Source of the DNA: Bdellovibrionota bacterium
GTDB lineage: Bacteria > Bdellovibrionota > UBA1018 > UBA923
DNA length: 38,738 nt
Direction: 5' to 3'
Assembly: GCA_040754655.1 (NCBI GenBank)
Contig: JBFMCE010000032.1
Span: 1-38,738, forward strand
How positions within the stretch are numbered: the stretch's first letter is position 1; every line of letters starts with the position of its first letter. The position numbers were made by a program, and so were the translations under genes. Below, in pieces: positions 27,841 to 36,279 of the stretch. The notes under the pieces were generated by a model that worked only from the letters and a program-made list of their open reading frames with translations, was not told the origin of the DNA and did not search any database.

Positions 27841-29376
27841 CTAGAAAACCAGGCTTCCTTCACGCATGAGTTCGCCTACGGCTTGGATATCCACGTAAAA
27901 GGCGCGATCTTGGTGCACCGGCGGTACCCGCGATCTAATCAGTCGGTAAGCGCGGTCAATACGCCTCGCGGCCTTCAAGGGTTTGCGAAACTCAAGGCCC
28001 TGGGATGCGGCGAAGAGTTCCATGGCGATCACATTCCATGAATTTTCGACGACGGCGCGCACTTTGCGCGCGGCGATCGTTCCCATGCTGACATGGTCTT
28101 CTTTATCGGCCGAGGTTGGAATCGAGTCGACTGTCGCCGGGTGGCAAAGCACTTTGTTCTCACTCACCAGCGATGCGGCCGCGACTTGAACGATCATGAA
28201 GCCCGAATTGAGTCCCCCTTCTTTGACTAAGAAAGCCGGCAATCCTGAAAGGGCCGGATTGATGAGTTTTTCTATGCGTTGTTCTGAAATGCTGGCGAGT
28301 TCAGCGACGGCTATGCAGAGTTGGTCCATAGCCATGCCGACATACTCGCCATGAAAGTTTCCCGCGTTCACGATTTTCCCGCCACCCCGGCCTCCGGCGA
28401 AAACAATCGGATTGTCGGTCACGCTGTTGATCTCGGTCTTGAGGATCTTTTTTGCATGCTTCAAGGTATCGCGCACTATTCCATGAACTTGGGGGATGCA
28501 GCGCAAGCTATACGGATCTTGAACTTTATCGCAATCGATGTGGCTGTTCATGATCTCTGAGTTTTCAAGGAGCTTTCGCATATGAGCCGCTACTTTTACC
28601 TGGCCCTCGTGTGGGCGCACGCGTTGAATGTCAGGATCGAATGGGGCCGCGGAACCCGCGAGCGCTTCAATAGTCATGGCGCCTGCTACGTCAGCCATGT
28701 GAGCAAGCGCTTCCGCCTTGAGATAAGCCAATACGCCGATTGCCGTCATGATCTGGGTCCCATTGATCAGCGAGAGGCCTTCTTTGGGACGAAGCTTGTA
28801 CGGCTTGAGTTTGGCAAGCTTCAAAGCGGTCGATCCGGGCAAGAGTTTTCCTTTGAAATAAGCCTGCCCTTCCCCGATCAAAACCAATGCAAGGTGCGCG
28901 AGCGGGGCAAGGTCTCCGCAAGCTCCCACGCTTCCCTGTTCAGGAATCCACGGATGAACTCCTCGGTTGAGCAAGGCCAAGAGCGCGTCGACCACGTCCG
29001 GAGTCACTCCGGAATAACCTTGGGCAAGCGTGTTGGCCCTTAGAAGAATTGATGCGCGCGCTTCAGCCTCAGATAAAGGCCTTCCTACGCCTACCGCGTG
29101 AGATCTGAGCAAATTCAGTTGCAACTGATCAAGTTGATTGTTTGAAATGCGAACTTTGCTCAAAAGCCCGAATCCTGTGTTGACGCCATAGATGGCTTCA
29201 TCCTCTTTCTTGCTATTCTTGCCTCCAAGCTTCGTTGCGATGAAGTCCCGCGACTTTTGCATGGCGCTTCGCGCTTTCGGAGAAAGTTTTAACTGGGTCT
29301 TGCAGTCAAGATCGTAGGCCACATGAGCCACGTTTTCGAGTGTAAGTGATTTGCCGTCGATGAGAAGTTCATTCAT
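27841..29376 (-). CDS. hutH: Histidine ammonia-lyase (MIO triad reads Ala-Cys-Gly)
   Basis: YGVNTGFG, LLRSHAVGVG, GSVGACGDLAPLAH, KEGLSLINGT, QDPYSLRCIPQVHG, GNFHG, EDHVSMG; adjacent to hutI. Confidence 0.95.
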   Translation of the reverse strand: MNELLIDGKSLTLENVAHVAYDLDCKTQLKLSPKARSAMQKSRDFIATKLGGKNSKKEDEAIYGVNTGFGLLSKVRISNNQLDQLQLNLLRSHAVGVGRPLSEAEARASILLRANTLAQGYSGVTPDVVDALLALLNRGVHPWIPEQGSVGACGDLAPLAHLALVLIGEGQAYFKGKLLPGSTALKLAKLKPYKLRPKEGLSLINGTQIMTAIGVLAYLKAEALAHMADVAGAMTIEALAGSAAPFDPDIQRVRPHEGQVKVAAHMRKLLENSEIMNSHIDCDKVQDPYSLRCIPQVHGIVRDTLKHAKKILKTEINSVTDNPIVFAGGRGGGKIVNAGNFHGEYVGMAMDQLCIAVAELASISEQRIEKLINPALSGLPAFLVKEGGLNSGFMIVQVAAASLVSENKVLCHPATVDSIPTSADKEDHVSMGTIAARKVRAVVENSWNVIAMELFAASQGLEFRKPLKAARRIDRAYRLIRSRVPPVHQDRAFYVDIQAVGELMREGSLVF

Positions 29377-29381
29377 AGTAT

Positions 29382-30044
29382 TTAAAACTTGCCGCGCATT
29401 TGATCGATTACGGCCGCGTAGTCTTTGGCTTTGAAGATCGCCGAGCCTGCCACAAACACGTCGCAACCTGCTTCTGAAATTTCTGCAATGGTATCTGGAG
29501 CTATTCCTCCATCAGCTTCGATCAAGAAGTCTAGTTTTTTCTCTTTTCTCAAGGCGTTTAGTTTTCGGATCTTCTCTATGCAGGAACGAATCATTTTTTG
29601 TCCGCCAAATCCGGGGTTCACGGTCATGACAAGCACGAGATCGACTTCGGGAAGGATATCAATCAATGTTTCAACTGGCGTCGCGGGATTGATCGAGACG
29701 CCAGCCTTTGCGCCAAGATCGCGAATGAGGTTGATGCTTCGGTGCAGATGATAAATTGCTTCTTGATGAACAGTGACGATGTCCGCGCCGGCTTTCACGA
29801 AGTGAGGAATATAGTCATCCGGTTTTTCAATCATCAAGTGCACATCCAAGGGAAGTTTGGTCACCTTCCTAAGCGATTCCACGACGACGGGTCCGATCGT
29901 GATGTTCGGGACGAAATGCCCGTCCATGACGTCAACGTGGATCCAATCGGCTTTCGCCTGTTCGACTTTTTTAAGTTCTTCAGCGAGGCGGGCGAAGTCA
30001 GCGCTGAGAATGGAAGGTGCGATAAGCTTTTTTTGATTCTTCAT
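29382..30044 (-). CDS. rpe: Ribulose-phosphate 3-epimerase
   Basis: IAPSILSADF, HVDVMDGHFVPN, DVHLMI, MTVNPGFGGQ, DGG. Confidence 0.98.
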   Translation of the reverse strand: MKNQKKLIAPSILSADFARLAEELKKVEQAKADWIHVDVMDGHFVPNITIGPVVVESLRKVTKLPLDVHLMIEKPDDYIPHFVKAGADIVTVHQEAIYHLHRSINLIRDLGAKAGVSINPATPVETLIDILPEVDLVLVMTVNPGFGGQKMIRSCIEKIRKLNALRKEKKLDFLIEADGGIAPDTIAEISEAGCDVFVAGSAIFKAKDYAAVIDQMRGKF

Positions 30045-31009
30045 CGATAGTTGCCCCGGTCAAAACTGAAAGAGCTGTTGCGAATCCCATTTAAGAACTC
30101 TTGCGAGGTCATGGTTTTCTTTCCCTCTGGTTGCAGAGCGATGAGTTCAAGCCATCCATCAGCGCATTTCACGAAAATCGAAGAAGGAGACATGAAAATC
30201 TCGCCTGGGGTGGCGCCTTCAGGCGTACCCAGTACATTTGATTGAAGTTTTGCTTTGTGGATTTTAATGATGCCCCGGTTGGATTTAGCGTAGGTGCCGG
30301 GCCACGGATCGAAAGCTCTGATCTGGTTCAAGATCTCGCGCCCAGGCTTATTCCACGAGATCAGGCCATGCTCTTTACTGATAAGACTGGCATAAGTGAC
30401 AAGGCTCTCATCTTGTTCTTTTTCGGGGAGCTTGTTTTCTTGGAGAAGCGTGAGGGTTTCAACAATGAGCTCGCCACCGACGACAGAGAGCTTGTCATGC
30501 AGTTCACGGCCCGTCATTTCATCCTCAATAGGGATAGAGCGTTGAAGCAAGATGGGGCCAGCATCCATTTTTGGCACCAGCTTCATCGTCGTTACCCCGG
30601 TTTCTTTTTCGCCTTTCCAAATCGCATATTGGATCGGAGCAGCGCCTCGGTACTTGGGCAAAAGAGAAGAATGAACATTGATGCAACCGAGCCTGGGGAT
30701 GTTTAAAATCGCCCTGCTTAAGAATTGAGCATATGCGACTACGACGACCACATCAGACATCATGTCGGCGAGTTTGCGTTTCTCATCGGGATCGTTGATG
30801 TTCTCGGGCTGGAACACGGGAAGTTCAAGCTTTTCAGCCAAAACCTTGATCGGCGGGGCTGTAATCTTTTGACCTCGCCCAGCGGGCCGATCCGGCTGGG
30901 TATAGACGCCAAGGATTTTTGCAAGATCAGGACGAGCGGCCAACGCGCTGAGCGACGGAACCGCAAAATCTGGCGTGCCCATGAATACCACTCGGAATGG
31001 GACTGACAT
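30041..31009 (-). CDS. fmt: Methionyl-tRNA formyltransferase
   Basis: VFMGTPDFA, TQPDRPAGRG, NVHSSLLPKYRGAAPI, MDAGPI; follows def. Confidence 0.98.
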   Translation of the reverse strand: MSVPFRVVFMGTPDFAVPSLSALAARPDLAKILGVYTQPDRPAGRGQKITAPPIKVLAEKLELPVFQPENINDPDEKRKLADMMSDVVVVVAYAQFLSRAILNIPRLGCINVHSSLLPKYRGAAPIQYAIWKGEKETGVTTMKLVPKMDAGPILLQRSIPIEDEMTGRELHDKLSVVGGELIVETLTLLQENKLPEKEQDESLVTYASLISKEHGLISWNKPGREILNQIRAFDPWPGTYAKSNRGIIKIHKAKLQSNVLGTPEGATPGEIFMSPSSIFVKCADGWLELIALQPEGKKTMTSQEFLNGIRNSSFSFDRGNYR

Positions 31010-31012
31010 TCT

Positions 31013-31582
31013 TTAAAGCTCCACGTGAAAGCGAGACCGCTCGAATTGGGCGGTGTTGCGGTCTTTTTTGATTTTGCCTTTGATGAGGCTGCGCTTCGCG
31101 AGGCTGAGTCGGTCGATGAAAAGTTTTCCATCAAGATGATCGATCTCATGTTGAATCGCCACCGCTAAAAGAGCATTGCCTTGCAGGGTCTGAGGCTGTC
31201 CTTGCAAGTCTTGGTAGCGAATCTCGATTTCCTCTGCGCGTTTGACTTCTTCAGAATATCCCGGGACCGAGAGGCAACCTTCTTTGAACAAAAACTCGCC
31301 CTTGCGTGTCACGACTTCGGGGTTCACCAGGACTCTAGGGTTCTGATTCACGTACTTGCGAATGCCTTCTTCTTCGCCTTCGACATCGTAATCGACGTCG
31401 ATCACTGCGATGCGCTGAAGCACCCCCACCTGATTTGCGGCCAATCCCACTCCCGGCGCGTCGTACATCGTATCAAGCATGTCGGCAGCGAGCTTGGCCA
31501 ATTGCTCGTCGAAGGCTTCAACGGGTTCGGCCTTTTGCTTCAATACTGGATCCGGGAATGTGTAAATCTTTAATATTGCCAT
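31013..31582 (-). CDS. def: Peptide deformylase
   Basis: GVGLAANQVG, EGCLSVP, QHEIDHLDG; start MAILKI at 31582. Confidence 0.98.
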   Translation of the reverse strand: MAILKIYTFPDPVLKQKAEPVEAFDEQLAKLAADMLDTMYDAPGVGLAANQVGVLQRIAVIDVDYDVEGEEEGIRKYVNQNPRVLVNPEVVTRKGEFLFKEGCLSVPGYSEEVKRAEEIEIRYQDLQGQPQTLQGNALLAVAIQHEIDHLDGKLFIDRLSLAKRSLIKGKIKKDRNTAQFERSRFHVEL

Positions 31583-31590
31583 AGTATTGA

Positions 31591-32676
31591 CTAGACCGCC
31601 CTTCCTCGCATTACTTGCACGACCGCAGCAACGAAAAACAAAGACGACGGCGCCCAAACAGAGGCCCAAGGACTAATTGCCCCTGAACGTCCCAGAGATA
31701 AGCTAAGGCTGTACAAAAGCCAATAGGAAAAGATCCATGCGACGCATATGGCGAGGTCTCTTCCAAGGCCACCTTCTCGCTTTGGACGCACGGAATAAGG
31801 AATCGCCAATAGCCCCATGATCAGCGGTATGAACGAGATCGCTATACGCGAATGAAAATCAACTTCGTAGCTGTTGGTATTGAGGCCCGCCTCTTTGTTT
31901 CTTTTGATGAAGGTGCGAAGGTCTTTCAAGCGCAATGTCTCGACCTGGCGTTCGATTTCGAGGAAGTCTTTCGGGGTTTCCGGCAAGTTGAACCGCTTTT
32001 CGACGAAATGCTTGCTCAGAGGAAACGAATCTCCTTCGGGAAAGACCGTGAGCATTCCGTTCTTGAGTTCCCACTCGCTTTTCTGATCGTCATACAGAGC
32101 GGTCGCTGCTTCGACGTGTTGAACCAGGCGAAATTTATTGTCGAAGAAGTAGATCCCGATTCCTTGGATCGTGCTGGTTTTGGCGTCGTAGACGCGAAGA
32201 TTGTAAATATAGTTCTTGCTTCGATACCAGATCTTGCTGGTTTTGATGTCCATCGTGAAATCAGGGCGATTCTTGATGACCCTCCAATAGTAAGCCGTGC
32301 GTTGCTTCGCCAATGGGGGAATGATGCGATCGTGGATCATCAGTGTGATGCAACATCCGATGAAAATAACCCCGAAAATCAGCATCGCCACGTGGCTTAA
32401 GCCAATTCCTGAAGCGTGAATCGCGGTGAGTTCATTCTTGCGGTTGAGCATTGAAAGCGTGATCGAAGTCGCCAGCATCGCCGCCGGAGGCGTCATTTGG
32501 CAGAGAATCATCGGTACGTTGTAAGCGCCGTACCTAAATAAAACCATCGGAGATACCTCGGCATCCCAGACTCCTCTGAGGTAGTCGGCGATAAATGCGA
32601 CGAAAACGAGCACCACGAGCGACATTAAAAAGGCTCGAGTGAATTCTGTCAGGATGTAACGGTCTAAAATGCGCAT
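31591..32676 (-). CDS. lptG: LPS export ABC transporter permease LptG (LptF/G family)
   Basis: MRILDRYI start, NELTAIHASGI, 3+3 TM layout around a periplasmic beta domain, WASVWAP. Confidence 0.82.
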   Translation of the reverse strand: MRILDRYILTEFTRAFLMSLVVLVFVAFIADYLRGVWDAEVSPMVLFRYGAYNVPMILCQMTPPAAMLATSITLSMLNRKNELTAIHASGIGLSHVAMLIFGVIFIGCCITLMIHDRIIPPLAKQRTAYYWRVIKNRPDFTMDIKTSKIWYRSKNYIYNLRVYDAKTSTIQGIGIYFFDNKFRLVQHVEAATALYDDQKSEWELKNGMLTVFPEGDSFPLSKHFVEKRFNLPETPKDFLEIERQVETLRLKDLRTFIKRNKEAGLNTNSYEVDFHSRIAISFIPLIMGLLAIPYSVRPKREGGLGRDLAICVAWIFSYWLLYSLSLSLGRSGAISPWASVWAPSSLFFVAAVVQVMRGRAV

Positions 32677-32724
32677 ATTTTTCTGTGTGAGCTCTTAGGT
32701 CTTTCCAGCATACCCCAGAATCCG

Positions 32725-32753
32725 TTGCAATTGAAAAACCCTTACGTTATCGT
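32725..32753 (+). promoter_or_regulatory. Sigma70-type promoter of lepB
   Basis: TTGCAA-N17-TATCGT, 7 nt before ATG 32761, with no SD. Confidence 0.5.
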
Positions 32754-32760
32754 GCCCCTT

Positions 32761-33561
32761 ATGGCCGAAAAGGATGAACCCTCAGACCAAAATTCCAAAG
32801 CAGCTAGCGAAGGCGATGACGCGAAGCGCAGTAAAAACCGCAAAAAATGGATGATCGAAAACATAAAGTCGTTCGCAATCGCGATCTTTCTTGTGTTGAT
32901 CATTCGCTCGAGTGTCATTGAGGCGTTTAAAATTCCTTCTGGAAGCATGATTCCGACTTTGATGGTGGGCGACCATATTTTCGTGAACAAGTTTGCTTAT
33001 GGGCTTAAGGTTCCGTTCAGTGATTTTTTCACTGATAGGCCATTGTACATCGTAGATCGTGATCCTCCGGCGAGCGGGGATATCATCGTGTTCAAGTACC
33101 CTAAAGATGAGTCGTATTATTACATCAAACGGGTGGTGGGTGTTCCCAAAGATCGAATTCGGATTCGCGATAAGGTTGTTTATGTGAATGACAAGCCTTT
33201 GGAACGGGTTCCGCTGAATCGCCCTGATATCATCGCCAATCTCGAAGGCCGTCAGTACGACAAGACTTCGCTTGAGCTCTTTGAAGAGCAAGTAAAACCC
33301 GGTGCTGACAACAAGCACATGGTCATGCTTGATCGCAATAGCTACATCAACGAGAATTACGGTGAAATCACGGTGCCCGAAGACCATTTGTTCGTGATGG
33401 GTGATAACCGCGATTTCAGCAATGATAGCCGCTTCTGGGGCTTTGTTCCGTACAAGAACGTGCGCGGAAAAGCGATGGTCGTATGGTTGTCGCTATGGCT
33501 CGATTTTGGCGAAGGCCAGTACTATTTCAGGCCGTCTCGCATCGGCACGGTGATTCGGTAG
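32761..33561 (+). CDS. lepB: Signal peptidase I
   Basis: IPSGSMIPTL (Ser), YIKRVVGVP (Lys), MGDNRDFSNDSRFWGFVP. Confidence 0.97.
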   Translation: MAEKDEPSDQNSKAASEGDDAKRSKNRKKWMIENIKSFAIAIFLVLIIRSSVIEAFKIPSGSMIPTLMVGDHIFVNKFAYGLKVPFSDFFTDRPLYIVDRDPPASGDIIVFKYPKDESYYYIKRVVGVPKDRIRIRDKVVYVNDKPLERVPLNRPDIIANLEGRQYDKTSLELFEEQVKPGADNKHMVMLDRNSYINENYGEITVPEDHLFVMGDNRDFSNDSRFWGFVPYKNVRGKAMVVWLSLWLDFGEGQYYFRPSRIGTVIR

Positions 33562-33565
33562 ATAG

Positions 33566-34327
33566 CTATCTCTCTCGAGATGCGGATAATGAGATTCCAT
33601 TAATTGCATTCCCAGAACGCGTCAGTACTTTCGAGCATTCCAGGGCTTCGATCGTCCACGAAGTCAACTTTAACAATTTATCCAATTCTGTTTTTGAATA
33701 ATGCTTGGCCGAATACAAGAGCGCGCCTTTTGCATCGTAGACAGGAAACATGCCAAGGTCTTGATATCTCATAAAACCTGAAATGTACCGCCAAGCATAC
33801 TTTGGTTTTGTCCAAGTTCTCAAAAAATCCAAGATCATTATCTTGCCGTCTTTGTTTGCGACACGACTGGCCTCGGTCAGTGCAAACTCTCGGTCTTGAG
33901 TGTTGCCAAGCACCGTGAATACTGCCTTAAAGATCACGAGATCAAATTTCTTTGATTCTAACGGGAGGTTTGTTGCGCTTCCGACATAGAACTTCGCGTC
34001 CAATCCCCTAGTTTGAGCGGTGCGGTTCGCCTCTTCAATTGCGGCGCTATTGGGATCAACCCCTACCACTTCAAAACCCATTTGGCTTAATGCAAGAGCA
34101 TCTTGCCCGGAACCGCACCCGACATCCAAGATTTTGTAATGTCTTGGCAACTCTTGAATCGCCTCAAAGGGAAGCGATAGTGAAGATGGGATGCTGTGGT
34201 GATTTTTTGTTGCCCACAGCTCGGTAGAATTCGAAGAACTATTCCGCTGTTCATTGCCGCGACCACTGTGCGCTCGAAAGAGGCTGATGGCCAGGATGAA
34301 ACAAAAATAGGCTCCCACATTCTTCAT
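33566..34327 (-). CDS. Class I SAM-dependent methyltransferase with an N-terminal signal-peptide-like extension
   Basis: KILDVGCGSG, VVGVD, FDLVI motifs; N-terminus MKNVGAYFCFILAISLFRAHSG. Confidence 0.85.
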   Translation of the reverse strand: MKNVGAYFCFILAISLFRAHSGRGNEQRNSSSNSTELWATKNHHSIPSSLSLPFEAIQELPRHYKILDVGCGSGQDALALSQMGFEVVGVDPNSAAIEEANRTAQTRGLDAKFYVGSATNLPLESKKFDLVIFKAVFTVLGNTQDREFALTEASRVANKDGKIMILDFLRTWTKPKYAWRYISGFMRYQDLGMFPVYDAKGALLYSAKHYSKTELDKLLKLTSWTIEALECSKVLTRSGNAINGISLSASRER

Positions 34328-34571
34328 CCAAAGGCAGATATCATAGTTGTACTAAAAAGGTCAACAATACCAAATAAAACCAAATCCCCATTTCGTGACG
34401 CAGTTCATTCTTTGTTCAGGCTTGTTCGGCAGATTCAAGATGGCCCAAGTCTCTTGCCAGTCACTTACGATTCGAAGGCGCCCTCCCCGTTGGTCATTCG
34501 CAAAAACTGGAGTTTGAGCTTCCCACTCGGCCCCATCGCTATTTGGCACAAAACTGGGGTCATGGCGAAAC

Positions 34572-36206
34572 TTACACGCCAGGCCTTCTACCCGCGTTCA
34601 TTCTTAAAGCCTCTTCACAGCTCATGACTCGCTCTTCGTAATCCGTCCGGATAAACTGTTTTTTTCGCAGAGCTCGAATGACAGTTTCTTGTTTGTCTTT
34701 GGGTTCAAAGCCTTTGAGATAGAACGCTCCCGCGAGGTCATATCCTATCCCGCGAGGCCGTAATGTTTGGTGTTCGGTGATGTACTGATCTAAAGCTACA
34801 GTGTAAATTTCTGATTCGCTCACCGGAACCTCAGTAAAACCTGAATGAGACCTGCGACGAATCTTGAGTTCGACTATCCGAGCTCCGGCCGGTTGCGAAA
34901 GATCATAAACAAGTTTTATCCCTGATGTCTGTAGATAATGCGCGCTCGGATCAGGAAGCTCCGCAAGACCGACCTCTAAGAGACCTCTGAGTACTCTGCC
35001 CGGCATGGCCATCATTACAAGAGGTTCTTTATTGTATGGAAGCACTTCACGAATGTGTGCGACCGTAATGGGGCCGGTTTCGATGCTCGCACGGATATTT
35101 CCTGAGGGAATCAGCCCCACGTCAGCTTTGAATTCTTCGCGGAAAATATCGGCGATCAAAACACCAAGGGATGTTTGATGGCGCCTGATGACCTCGCGTT
35201 TTCCATTCAGAAAGCTCGTTGCTTCCGCTACTACGTCTTTACTTTCACTGTTTTTGAGCTCGAGGATCGTCTGTAAAGACTTTAAAATCTTTCCTTCCCA
35301 TTCCTTAACGAGTCGGGCGGCACGAGGTTGTTCGGGAACGCTTGCGTCAACTACAAGAGTTTCTATGCCGAGAGATGTGTCGACCTTGCGAGGTTCAGAA
35401 CCGGTGGCTTCGGTCACTTCAAGGTTTAGAGTCACACGGCCGTAATGAGCGAGATCCGAGCCTCTCTTAAGAATCCACGCGTGGCCGACCTTCTGATCAA
35501 TGACCTCATGTTCGTGGCCACCGATGATCAGATTGATCTCAGGCACTTCTCGGGCCAATCTCCGGTCTTCTTGAAGATTCAAATGAGTTACCGCGATCAC
35601 ATAGTCAGCTCCTCGTGCCTTAAGTTTTTGAACCTGGTTCTGCGCTGCTTCAATCGGGTCTAAAATCAGCGGGAGCCGGTCGTGCTTCTCAATAAAACGA
35701 GTTGACTGTGTGAGCAGGGCCAGCACGCCTATCCTAACGCCCTCGAATTCAAAGATCATGTCTGGCTTGGCATTTCCAAACGGCTTTCTATTCATCCTCT
35801 CGATAAAATTTGTTGAGACAAAGGGAAGCTTTGTTTGATGCATTAACCTGCGCAGGTTTTTAAGACCGTAGTCGGTCTCGTGATTGCCAAAAGCAACTAC
35901 ATCAGGTTTGAGAGTCTTCATGCCGGCAAACACGTGAGCGCCCCCGGTCGCCTTGGATTTTGGCGATGGCGAACCAATGTAGTCACCCGCAAAGAAGAGT
36001 AAAAAGTTTTCGTGGTTTGCACGGTCTTGCTCGAGAAGGGTCGCGAACCGCGATATCCCCCCCAATCCTGTCTCGTTCGAGGGGGCAAGGTCATAAAAGT
36101 CATTGGCATGCACGACAACAACCTTGACGCGTCTAGTTTGAGCATGGCTAAAGCTGCAAAAAAAAGTGCTGAGAAGAAATGCGGCCCAAACAAAGCGACG
36201 GGTCAT
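34572..36206 (-). CDS. Secreted 5'-nucleotidase / bifunctional metallophosphoesterase
   Basis: Signal peptide SHA|Q; HANDFY, AGD, GNHE, THL, GGHEH metallophosphoesterase motifs; C-terminal nucleotidase domain (SGNIRASI, LPY, QTSGI). Confidence 0.9.
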   Translation of the reverse strand: MTRRFVWAAFLLSTFFCSFSHAQTRRVKVVVVHANDFYDLAPSNETGLGGISRFATLLEQDRANHENFLLFFAGDYIGSPSPKSKATGGAHVFAGMKTLKPDVVAFGNHETDYGLKNLRRLMHQTKLPFVSTNFIERMNRKPFGNAKPDMIFEFEGVRIGVLALLTQSTRFIEKHDRLPLILDPIEAAQNQVQKLKARGADYVIAVTHLNLQEDRRLAREVPEINLIIGGHEHEVIDQKVGHAWILKRGSDLAHYGRVTLNLEVTEATGSEPRKVDTSLGIETLVVDASVPEQPRAARLVKEWEGKILKSLQTILELKNSESKDVVAEATSFLNGKREVIRRHQTSLGVLIADIFREEFKADVGLIPSGNIRASIETGPITVAHIREVLPYNKEPLVMMAMPGRVLRGLLEVGLAELPDPSAHYLQTSGIKLVYDLSQPAGARIVELKIRRRSHSGFTEVPVSESEIYTVALDQYITEHQTLRPRGIGYDLAGAFYLKGFEPKDKQETVIRALRKKQFIRTDYEERVMSCEEALRMNAGRRPGV

Positions 36207-36241
36207 TTTTTGCGAATTCCTTAAATAGTAAAGTGCGCCCG

Positions 36242-36270
36242 ACTTTACTTAAGCGGACCTTTTGTGTCAA
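36242..36270 (-). promoter_or_regulatory. Sigma70-type promoter of the nucleotidase gene
   Basis: TTGACA-N17-TAAAGT on the minus strand; AAGGA SD before ATG 36206. Confidence 0.6.
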
Positions 36271-36279
36271 CAATGTTTG

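Noticed and set aside
29377..29466. Long N-terminal extensions of hutH (likewise def, PAP2, lepB and the 18428 ORF)
   Set aside because: They overlap neighbouring genes or promoters; family-like sequence begins at the downstream ATGs.
34328..34571. Small ORFs (62 aa minus, 143 aa plus, 32 aa minus) or an ncRNA in the gap between methyltransferase and nucleotidase
   Set aside because: No convincing SD, recognisable motif or stable structure seen; cannot be supported.
36090..36125. Nucleotidase first metal motif reads NDFY instead of NDxH, suggesting inactivity
   Set aside because: NDxY variants occur in a known branch of this family and the other metal ligands are intact.
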